IMG/VR virus record: IMGVR_UViG_3300003690_000017
Location: 1 to 58,803 of that record
Length of the DNA: 58,803 bases
Direction: 5' to 3' (one strand)
Source of the DNA: a virus
Lineage: Duplodnaviria > Caudoviricetes
The translations under genes and the position numbers were made by a program. This document shows positions 8,298 through 17,400 of this stretch, piece by piece (position 1 is the first letter of the stretch; every line of letters starts with the position of its first letter). Under the pieces are notes generated by a model, which did not search any database, was not told the origin of the DNA, and was given only the letters and a program-made list of their open reading frames with translations.

Positions 8298-8402
8298 GTG
8301 GCTAATAAGGGCAAGACCCAGCTTGGCGCGAAGCGGAACCCCATGCGGATTTACAGCCGCAACCCGCGATCGTCCAAGAAGGCAAAGCAGGGGAAAAAGT
8401 AG
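8298..8402 (+). CDS. Small basic peptide (34 aa, MANKGKTQLGAKRNP...KKAKQGKK)
   Basis: Own translation; GAGG RBS; fills the gap and abuts ATG 8404. Confidence 0.45.
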   Translation: MANKGKTQLGAKRNPMRIYSRNPRSSKKAKQGKK

Positions 8403-8403
8403 G

Positions 8404-8634
8404 ATGCACCGCAAAGGCGGGATCGACCCGACTGGCAACTACAAGCGTCGGGACATTCAGGAGGGGCGCGAGCACTCGTGCTGCGTCAACGAACCCGGAT
8501 ACGGGTCCTTTGAGCACAGCTTGGGCGACACTCCTGAAATCTCGAAGTTCAAGAACAACTGGCCGGGCGGAATCACGCGCAAGATTCACGGCGCTTACGC
8601 TATCTGCCCCTGCGGCGAAATCCACGGCGCATAG
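8404..8634 (+). CDS. Small Cys/His hypothetical protein
   Basis: HSCC and CPCGEIH motifs; 3' part of ORF 8293-8634. Confidence 0.5.
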   Translation: MHRKGGIDPTGNYKRRDIQEGREHSCCVNEPGYGSFEHSLGDTPEISKFKNNWPGGITRKIHGAYAICPCGEIHGA

Positions 8635-8637
8635 CTG

Positions 8638-8775
8638 GTGGCGCGCCGGAATGGCGCTCATGGGCCTAAACGCCGCCCCAGCGTTGAACCGAAAACGAAG
8701 GAACCCAGCCGCGCCGACCCGACGCGTGGCTACCGCCGCCGCGACCAACAAAAGATTCGCAGGGGTTCGAGATAG
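8638..8775 (+). CDS. Small Arg-rich peptide (45 aa, MARRNGAHGPKRR...KIRRGSR)
   Basis: Own translation; its stop directly abuts the portal start codon. Confidence 0.45.
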   Translation: MARRNGAHGPKRRPSVEPKTKEPSRADPTRGYRRRDQQKIRRGSR

Positions 8776-10845
8776 TTGGCATCCTCACCCGACACATGGG
8801 AAGAAACTGAAGCTGTAATCAACAGCCTCAGATCGTTCTACGCGCCGCAGGTGGCGCAGATGAACGTGGCGATGAGCCTCTACAACCTAGAGATTACGTT
8901 CGCCACCAGCCCGGACATTGACCAGCTAATACCCCCGACTGCCTCCGATATTGTGCGCGATGTTCAGGACCGCATAGCGGGCAACTATCCGATCATCCGC
9001 TGTATCCCCAGAGGGGAGCGGACGCAGGACCGGGAGCAGGCGGAGATTCTCGCCCAGTTCCTCGACATCTACATGCAGCGAGTTCCGCTCAACCCGGCGG
9101 AGCTTCGCATGGACTACGGGATCAAGCAGCTTCTCTCTGACATGGTGTTCGATGGCCTCGTGCGCGGGCGCTGGTGCCTGAAGGTCATCTTCAACCCCAA
9201 CGGCTGGCCGGAGGAGCCGGTGCTGCCAGAGCGCCCCGAGGCACTCGCGAGGGCGCTGGACGCCGGGGCAGACGTGAACGAGTGGATTGATACGCAGGCT
9301 GGCTATCTGGTCGATCGCTCCGATTACGACGAGAAGCACGCGAAGTGGGAGAAGGACACCGAGGGGGTCCTGCCGGTCCTGATTCAGCCGCGCGACCCCC
9401 GCTTCGTGATGCCAGCGCTGGACGGCACCTTCGTCATCGAGCAGTACGACACGACCGCCGACCAGATCATGGAGAATTGGCCGGACCTGAAGCTGCCCAT
9501 CGGCGAGAAGGGCGACACGCGCTACAAGAGCGCGCAGGACCGGGTGACATGGACTGAGGTTTGGGACAAGAAGCACAAGAAGTTCTACGCCGACCAAGAG
9601 GTCGCCCTCCCGAAGACCGAGCACCACCTTGGCTTCATCCCCTACGTGATCGACGGGCCGTTCAGGACTCCGCTCCGGCATTCCGGCTCGCGAGAATCTC
9701 AGGCGTTCGCATATGAGACTGTCTACAAAGGGATCGAATCCATGCTCAAGGCCGAGGCGGCCTTCACGACGTTGGCCGGTGTCATCACGCAGTACGAGGC
9801 GTTCGGTGAGCGGGCAGCCTTCGTGGAGTCACCCGAGGGCGTGGACATCAACTCCGGCCCGGACGCCCTGTCCATGTTCAGCGACAAGGACCGCTACGAG
9901 GTCCATCGCGGGACCGGCGTGCCGCCGCAACTGCTGGAAATGCTCAAGATGATAAAGGATCGGATCGGCGACGCCACGGGCACGTCGCTGCTGGGCGGGG
10001 GCGACGAGTCCGGGTACTCGCGGGCCATCCGGGCGCAGATCGCGAAACTCAAGGATCGGCGCTTGGAGCATGCGATGGAGCGCTCACTCGAACGCTCCTG
10101 CACCTTCGTCCTGAGGATCATCGAGAACGTCGTGAAGGGGCCGGTCTACCTCACCGGCTCCAACGAGGAAACCGATGTCACCCTGAAGGTCGGGCCAGCC
10201 GAAATCGGGGGGCATTCCTATCTAATTGACGTGACGCTGAATGCCGTGCTGCCAATTGATGAGGCCGCCCGCTTCAGCCTCGGCCAAGCCAAATACGATG
10301 CCGGGATCATCAGTGCTTACACGCTGGCTACCGAATACGGCGGCATCCGCAGGGTAGAGCACGAGCGCAAGATGCGGTTCCAAGAGGATGTCATCAACAG
10401 CGACATCATCAAGGCGTTCATCGAAAACGAGGTCGTGAAGGACCTCGGCCTCCCGGGCAGCCCGGAGATCCTCGACATCTACCAGCAGCTTGCTGACATG
10501 AAGCAGGGGCAGATAGCCCAGCAGATGGACCAGATGAAGCAGCAGTTGGCGGGTGCGCAGCAGCAACCCCAGCAAGGGCAGCAGGGCCAGCCCACCCCGC
10601 AACAGCCGCGTAACCCGTTCCCGGCCAGCCCGGGCGAGCAGCAGCAGCGCATCAACCAGTCTCAGGCTCCGACGCCGCCGTCTCCGCGCGGGGCACCGGC
10701 CATGCAACCGGCGCAGGGCCAGAAGCAACAGCGGACCCCGAAGCGAAACAGGCGGAACCGCAGACGCAGGCGACAGCGCTCTGGTACTGCCGCCGCTGCA
10801 CGCAGCCGTCCCGTATACAGCCCGCCTCCGGGCGCACCTTCATAA
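8776..10845 (+). CDS. Portal protein (podovirus type) with Q/P/R-rich C-terminal tail
   Basis: 689 aa after TerL; DPRFV and HHLGFIPYV motifs, helical C-terminal half. Confidence 0.8.
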   Translation: MASSPDTWEETEAVINSLRSFYAPQVAQMNVAMSLYNLEITFATSPDIDQLIPPTASDIVRDVQDRIAGNYPIIRCIPRGERTQDREQAEILAQFLDIYMQRVPLNPAELRMDYGIKQLLSDMVFDGLVRGRWCLKVIFNPNGWPEEPVLPERPEALARALDAGADVNEWIDTQAGYLVDRSDYDEKHAKWEKDTEGVLPVLIQPRDPRFVMPALDGTFVIEQYDTTADQIMENWPDLKLPIGEKGDTRYKSAQDRVTWTEVWDKKHKKFYADQEVALPKTEHHLGFIPYVIDGPFRTPLRHSGSRESQAFAYETVYKGIESMLKAEAAFTTLAGVITQYEAFGERAAFVESPEGVDINSGPDALSMFSDKDRYEVHRGTGVPPQLLEMLKMIKDRIGDATGTSLLGGGDESGYSRAIRAQIAKLKDRRLEHAMERSLERSCTFVLRIIENVVKGPVYLTGSNEETDVTLKVGPAEIGGHSYLIDVTLNAVLPIDEAARFSLGQAKYDAGIISAYTLATEYGGIRRVEHERKMRFQEDVINSDIIKAFIENEVVKDLGLPGSPEILDIYQQLADMKQGQIAQQMDQMKQQLAGAQQQPQQGQQGQPTPQQPRNPFPASPGEQQQRINQSQAPTPPSPRGAPAMQPAQGQKQQRTPKRNRRNRRRRRQRSGTAAAARSRPVYSPPPGAPS

Positions 10846-10857
10846 GGGCAGGGTAGA

Positions 10858-13800
10858 ATGGCTCGCAAGAAGACCCAGCAGAAGATTGTCGCCGCCATTG
10901 AGGGTGCCCGTGAGGGCGCTGCCGGAGAGATCGGCAGGATCGTGGCGGATATGACCGGCAAGAAAACCAAGGGGCGTAGTGGAATGGGCGGTGGGTATAC
11001 CCAGCCCATCCCCGGTGAAAAGCTGCCACCAGAGCCGCCGCCGTTCAAGAGGCGCAAGAGGCCCCCTAGAGCATTCCCCCCGAGGCCGTGGCCGCGCTCA
11101 GTCCAGCCCGCCGCCCCACCGACTGGCATCGACCCGCAGGGCGCACCGGAATACCGCCCCTACCAGCCGGGGTATCACCCGATGCCGGGCGATCCCTCCA
11201 GCGACGTGCGGGCTCCTGCGTGGGAGTCGCCCAACGTAAGGGGCTTTGGCAGGAGCCGGGCCATTACGCCGGGATACGAGGATAATCAGACTCAGAGGTA
11301 TGCCCACCCGATGCCGGGCGATCCCTCCAGCGACGCGAGGCATAGGCGTAGCGGCCTTCAGGGCCTCCGGGATGCTTGGCCGGGTGGCCTCGGCTTGGAG
11401 AGGGGCCGGGATGCCGACTGGCCGTTTAGCGGCGGTGGTGGTGGACGCGGCAACGCTGGGGACCACTACTCGTCCTTTGGCCCCAAGCCGGTGCCCTCGT
11501 TCTTCCCGGGCGTGGGTGGGCACGGCGGTGAGGCGGAGGACATCTTTCGCCAGCGCCAAGAGCAGATGGGCACGTCTGCGGCTGATATTCAGTGGATCAT
11601 CGACCACCCCGCAGACTTCCCCGATGCCGTCTCAGGCGCAGCTGCAAAGGAAAAGGATCGTCCGGGTGGCGCGTTCTACTCCTCAGCCACGGTAGACAGT
11701 CCAGACCAAGCGCCTGTTACCGAGGCAGCGTCCACCCCGGACGATACACCGCCCCCTGCCGACGAGGAAGCCGACGAGGACGCTTCGGCCTCGCTGCCCG
11801 ATTTTGTCAGCACCGACACGGGCATCCAGTTAGACGCGATGCCCGTTTCAGCAGCAGGCACCGACGTTCCCGACGACGCCTACAGCCTCGTAAGAGGCGA
11901 GCGGGACCCGGGCAGCGGCCAAGAGTACGAGGCGTGGCAAAACCCAACTGGCGACTGGTTCCGCCGCTGGATGGGCCAAGACGCACCACCTCCGCCAGCG
12001 GCAGCAGTAGACCCGAACGTGCCCGCCGAAGGCGAGTACGACTTCGATGTGACCGGCGCTGGGTATACGGACGCCGAGTTACTCGCTGCACAGGCGGGCA
12101 AACACCTGTCAGGGGAATCCCGGTCGTCAACCGGGGCCAGTGAAACCAACTACCGAGTCGTCAAGAGCGACGGCACTTTCGGTGTCAACGCTGGCTGGCT
12201 CCGCGCTCGTCAAAGGGAGGCTGCCGAGTTGGGCATCGACACTAGCGGCTGGAACTGGGTCGATATGCACCCGCAGTCGATTCAGGACATGATTAACAAC
12301 AGGCGCGGGCATTTACCCGGCGGGGCGTACGGGACTCAGACCCCGGTAGACCTCCAAGGCCCGGCACCGGCACCCCCATCACCGCCCCGTCCGGTAGCAG
12401 TAGGTTCGCCACCACCGGATGGCAATGAGCAGTCCCTCCTAGCCATCAGGACCATGCTTGAGCAACTCATGGCGAATCAGCAGCCTGAGCCGACGCAGCC
12501 TTGGAACCCGGCCACCGGCCCAGCGCAGGGGTACGACCCCGGCTTCGCTCAGTCGGGATTACCGAAGAACTACGCGACGATGTGGAACACACCGATGGCA
12601 GGCTCCACGATGGCTCCGGGGTCGCCGTGGCGCACGGATACGAGCCTTCAGGTGCTCCCGCAGGTGCAGTCGGAAAAGGCGGGCTCATACTATGCGCATC
12701 CCCGCGCCGTCTCCCCCGGTCAGTGGACATCCCCGGTAGTTGGTGGGCATCCCCAGATGACGCCCGGGAGGCTCACTCAATATCTCGATCAGTTCCGACC
12801 GTCAGATACGTACGAGCCTACGTTGGGGTCCTACTACAGCCAGTTCGCAAATCCCGACTCGCAGGCGGCGGGCGGCGCAGGCGGCCACATGCAGGGCACA
12901 GGCGGCTACATGCAGGGCGCAGGCGGCTACATGCAGGGCGCGGGCGAGTCGAGGTTCGCACCGCCCGGGTACATGGGCGGTGGAATGGGCGGCGATGGCG
13001 AAGAGAACGGCTATGGCGGCGGGAAAGGGCAGGGGCCGTTCGACGCTCAGGGCGGCATCGACGCCTTCGTGACCGCGCTAGGGGAGATCATCTCAAACAT
13101 CGGAGACGAGGAAGTGCAGCGGGCGGCATGGGCGATGCTCGCGCAGTCTGCCAGCGGCGACTTTGCCAGCCTCATAACGGGCATGTACGGACTCACTGGG
13201 CAACTGTATGCGGTGGACCGGCAGGCGGCCCTAGCGATGGAAGGACTCACCCAGCAAGCAGGGCAATTTGCAGCCGGGCTGGGACTCGACATCTTCGGTC
13301 AGCAGCAGGCCGGAGCGATCAGCGGCTACCAGTCGGAAACCGCGCGCATGGGCGTGGCCGGGCAGCTACAGGCGATCGCGGCGGAGCTTGGCATGGGCGC
13401 GACGATTGAGGCAGCCATAGCGGATCAGGACTACGACATAGCGGCCCGCCAGATTCAGGCAGCCATCGAGCAAATCTACTCGCAGGAGCGCCTCGGGCTG
13501 ACACAGATCGACTCCAGTACCCGAATCGCGATGACAAACGCGTACAACACGGCGAGCCAGATTGAATCGAGCGAGCGTGTCAGCATGGCAAACGTGGGTA
13601 TGCAGGGAACCCTCGGCCTCGAAGGAATCGCGCAGAGCGAGCGCGGCAACCGCACCGGATTCATCGGTCAGGCGATGAACTCCCCCGGCGCGATGATCCC
13701 GGTGCTCAACGCCCTGCGGAACCCGGAAACCATGGGTGACTTCGACCCGTGGGCGATGGCTCGCACTACTCCTTGGGGGAACATGTATCAGGGCATCCCG

Positions 13801-14481
13801 GGCATGGTGCAGGCAGGCGAACAGGCGGGCGTGGGCCAGCCTAGCCCGGCCGCCATGAACATGCAGAGCAACATGGGGCAGCCTTCACCGGACCCCGATT
13901 TCGCCCAAGCCTTCAGCCAAGCGCGGAATCGCGAGCTTGCACAAGGGCAGCCTTCGCAGGTGGAGCCAGCCGGGACTGCCATGAACATGCAGAGCTTCTA
14001 CGACCCGAACAATATGTTTCGTCAGCTTGGGCAGCCTTCGCAGGTGGAGCCACCCCGGACTGCCCCAGTCCAGCCCGCCGCCCCACCGACTGGCATCGAC
14101 CCGCAGGGCGACCCGAACTATCGCCCCTACCAGACGAACATGCAGAGCAACATGCAGAACATACAGAGTGACGCCAGCGCGGCCTCCCTGCCGTCTTTCA
14201 ATAGTATGTCGCTTGCCGCCACACCCGCAGGGTTCGCCGCGTCAGTGCCGGGCCAGTCGCAACTGAGCCAGACAGGCACCGGCACCAACTTCCCGACCAC
14301 GCAGGAGCCGGTCAACGTGATGCCGAATATCGCGGCCCCGGACTGGATGAATATGCTGGAGCCGGAGCGGAATATCTATGCGCGGGCGCTAGGCAGCTTC
14401 TACCCCGATTTCGAGGAGGAGCAGAACGCCATCGTGGGCACGGGGGTGGGGCCGGACCGCGCGATCTTCGCAGGGGTCTAA
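10858..14481 (+). CDS. Large low-complexity internal virion / ejection (pilot) protein 1
   Basis: 1207 aa, P/G/Q-rich with A/Q-rich helical segment; follows the portal. Confidence 0.6.
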   Translation: MARKKTQQKIVAAIEGAREGAAGEIGRIVADMTGKKTKGRSGMGGGYTQPIPGEKLPPEPPPFKRRKRPPRAFPPRPWPRSVQPAAPPTGIDPQGAPEYRPYQPGYHPMPGDPSSDVRAPAWESPNVRGFGRSRAITPGYEDNQTQRYAHPMPGDPSSDARHRRSGLQGLRDAWPGGLGLERGRDADWPFSGGGGGRGNAGDHYSSFGPKPVPSFFPGVGGHGGEAEDIFRQRQEQMGTSAADIQWIIDHPADFPDAVSGAAAKEKDRPGGAFYSSATVDSPDQAPVTEAASTPDDTPPPADEEADEDASASLPDFVSTDTGIQLDAMPVSAAGTDVPDDAYSLVRGERDPGSGQEYEAWQNPTGDWFRRWMGQDAPPPPAAAVDPNVPAEGEYDFDVTGAGYTDAELLAAQAGKHLSGESRSSTGASETNYRVVKSDGTFGVNAGWLRARQREAAELGIDTSGWNWVDMHPQSIQDMINNRRGHLPGGAYGTQTPVDLQGPAPAPPSPPRPVAVGSPPPDGNEQSLLAIRTMLEQLMANQQPEPTQPWNPATGPAQGYDPGFAQSGLPKNYATMWNTPMAGSTMAPGSPWRTDTSLQVLPQVQSEKAGSYYAHPRAVSPGQWTSPVVGGHPQMTPGRLTQYLDQFRPSDTYEPTLGSYYSQFANPDSQAAGGAGGHMQGTGGYMQGAGGYMQGAGESRFAPPGYMGGGMGGDGEENGYGGGKGQGPFDAQGGIDAFVTALGEIISNIGDEEVQRAAWAMLAQSASGDFASLITGMYGLTGQLYAVDRQAALAMEGLTQQAGQFAAGLGLDIFGQQQAGAISGYQSETARMGVAGQLQAIAAELGMGATIEAAIADQDYDIAARQIQAAIEQIYSQERLGLTQIDSSTRIAMTNAYNTASQIESSERVSMANVGMQGTLGLEGIAQSERGNRTGFIGQAMNSPGAMIPVLNALRNPETMGDFDPWAMARTTPWGNMYQGIPGMVQAGEQAGVGQPSPAAMNMQSNMGQPSPDPDFAQAFSQARNRELAQGQPSQVEPAGTAMNMQSFYDPNNMFRQLGQPSQVEPPRTAPVQPAAPPTGIDPQGDPNYRPYQTNMQSNMQNIQSDASAASLPSFNSMSLAATPAGFAASVPGQSQLSQTGTGTNFPTTQEPVNVMPNIAAPDWMNMLEPERNIYARALGSFYPDFEEEQNAIVGTGVGPDRAIFAGV
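11099..14110 (+). repeat. 45-nt exact dispersed repeat (11099-11143 = 14066-14110), partly repeated at 14766-14799 and 16240-16263
   Basis: CAGTCCAGCCCGCCGCCCCACCGACTGGCATCGACCCGCAGGGCG read at both positions. Confidence 0.9.
12877..12939 (+). repeat. Three 21-nt tandem repeats (xGG[H/Y]MQG)
   Basis: GCAGGCGGCCACATGCAGGGC, ACAGGCGGCTACATGCAGGGC, GCAGGCGGCTACATGCAGGGC. Confidence 0.9.
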
Positions 14482-17400
14482 ATGTTTGACCCGTTAGCGG
14501 CCCTCAGCCAGCCGATGCAGCGACGGCCACGCCGTCCACCCTCAGGCGTCGTAAACCCGCAGGTTCAGATGCCGGAGGTCGCGCCGCCGACCTTGCCGCC
14601 ACGCCAGACGTTGCCTTCGGCGCAGATGCAGTTCCAGCCGCCCGAGGTGCAGATGCCGCCAGTCGGAGTGCCGTCGCAAGAGGAGGATCCGTTCGCGACC
14701 TTCCTTGGCCTCTTCACGGATCGGGAGCCGAAAGAACTCGTTCCCATCCCCCTGCCCCCTGAGAAGACTGGCATCGACCCGCAGGGCGACCCGAATTACC
14801 GCGGGCTGGTCCCGCCGGTTCCAGAGGCCTCTGCTGTCTCGGCCCCTGCTGTCTCAGTGGCTCCCGGGGGCGTAGCGCCCGAGGCAGCGCTGGGGCAAGC
14901 CAATGGGATGGTGGAGGCCATCGACTTCACTGGCGATCCTGAGCAAATCTTCTCGCAAATGCAGGCGGCGGTGGACTTTGCTACCGCAAATGGGATTGTG
15001 GTCTTAGGGGGGATTCGGTACTACTACGACGCCAACGGCGAGCGCGTGGCAGTCCCCATCATCAAGTTCGGCCAGCAGGGCGAGTGGATACAGCTGGACA
15101 ACGCAGAAGACCTCAGTGGCCTCACACCTGCGGGCAGCCTGCGGGCGGACGACGACCCGGGCAGCACTTTCATACTTAGCGGGATCGGCGACTTCTTCGA
15201 CGACCTCGGCGACTTTAGGAGTGTGCGGCCCGGGTCGTGGCTATATAACATCAAGTACAACAGTGGATTGGGCGATTTAGTCGGGAAAATCGGCGACTTC
15301 TTCGACATGGGAGGGGGATTCCTCAACCCCTTCGATGAGCGCCCACCTGAGGTCCCCATCCCGGTGGGGGCACCCGGCATAGGCACCCCCCCGGGGTACT
15401 CGGCGGCCCCCACTGACGGCAGCATGGTCCCGCCAGTCCCGAAGCCGCTCAACCCCACCGATCAGGGCGGGCAGGTGTTCTACCCTGTCGTCGGGAGCGA
15501 CTGGGCCGGAAGCCAGCCGATGGGCGAAGACGCGGGGAGCGGCTACCGCTATGGCGATGCCCCGCACGGTGAGGCCAGCGACTACAGGCACAACGCGGTG
15601 GACATCCAAGGTGCCGAGGGATCAGGGATCGCCTCCACTGTCAGCGGCGAAGTCATCACCATCGACTTCGATCCGGTGTCTTACGGCCTGCACATCAGGA
15701 TTCGGGACGCGCAGGGACGCGTTCACCTCTACGCACACCTCCAGTCGATCAGCCCCGAATTACAGGTGGGCGCACGGGTTCAGGGCGGCCAGAGCATTGC
15801 GGCTATGGGCGGCGTCAGGGTCGATCAGGGTGGCACTTATCAGCTTCACAGTTCGATCACCCTCGGGAGTGACGAGCGCCTCGGACCCGGAAGATCGACC
15901 GGCTCTCACCTCCATTACGAAGTTCAGGACGGTCAGGGCAATCCGATCGACCCGGGGACCTTCTTGCCGGGGGCCTCGCCGAGTTCTGGTGCCAGCACGG
16001 CCGTGTCAGCATCAAACCTTGACTCACCGCCTCAGGCTCAAATGGCAGCCAAGTCACAGGGTTCACAAGGAAATCTTACCAATTTTCTTGGTGCCGACTT
16101 TGCTTACACGGGTCCCGCGCTGACGCAGCCGGGGCAGCGTCGGGACTTGCCTCAGGCTCAGAACATCCCGAGCTTCTTCCAGAACGATCAGGGCTTCTTC
16201 GGCGGCCAAGGCGGCGGGAAAGGGCAGGGGCCATGGATAGACCCGCAGGGCGACCCGAATTACAGGCCCCGGCCTCAGCAGGAAACCGGAGCCCAGCTTC
16301 TTCGATTTCCGCCAGAAGCACGGCCACCGGCCCAGCCGGGACAGGACGGCTTCGGAAGCTGGCTGAACGAGCAGCGACAACGACCGGGCATGGAATCGCT
16401 ACTTGGGCCAGAAGCGTTCCCATTCCGAACTCAGGACAGGATTAACAACTTCCAGCCGACGCCTTGGGATACGGCGGCTCGGTACATCACCGCAGCGAAG
16501 CGCGGCCTTGGCTATGTGGTCGGTGGCGATATGGTGGGGGACCTCTACACCGGGTACTTGGAGCACGTCCGCCGGGACCCAGAGCGGGCGCAGGCCGAGC
16601 GGGACCGAGGAGCAAACCCGCCCCCTCAAGGCTGGATCGGCGAGCATATCGACGCCCCCATTGGCGAGTTCGCGCGCAATGCTTACGAGGCGATCACGGA
16701 GACGCCGCTGTCAGTGTTCCCGTACCGGGGAATGGCGGGCAGAACATCGGATACCCCGGCAGGCCCGACGCTTTCCGACATCGGCGAGCGCATGGAATGG
16801 CGCGACCCGGAAGGCAACGTGGCAATCGGGCCGCTGGACATTGCGTTCGCGGCGCTTGGCGCAAAACCGGTACTGCGGGCAGGCGCTTACCAAGCCGGTC
16901 GAGCGGTAGGGTGGGCGGACCAAGTAGCCGCGAGGGCCGCGCAGGCCGCCGGGGCACGCCGCGCCGCGCAGGCGCGGGCAGCGGCCCCGGACGCAATCCC
17001 TGCCACTCGGGGCGCGGCGCGACTCCCTGAACCCTACATTGAGGGAGAGGTCACAGTATTAGGCGAGCAACGCCTCCTCCCGCGCCCAGCCTTTGCGGAA
17101 CCCCTGCGGCCGCCTCCACCCCGAACCCGGCAAATACCGGGCAGGCAGGCGGCTGCGGAACTCCAGCGCCCGCCGCCCTCGGGACAGGCCATCACCCCGG
17201 AGCCACCACCTTCAGCGATACCGCCCACGATACCGTCCGCGTTCCCGCTCATGCCTGTGCCCCCACGCGGGCAAATCGGGCTCGGAAAAGCGATGCTCGG
17301 CCCGGCGCACTACGCAGCGGCGGGGTCTACTGACGGTGTGCCAGTTCTCCACGCGGGGCCGGGCGAGAGCTTCGGGGTCGTACGGGACGGCATCTTGAAC

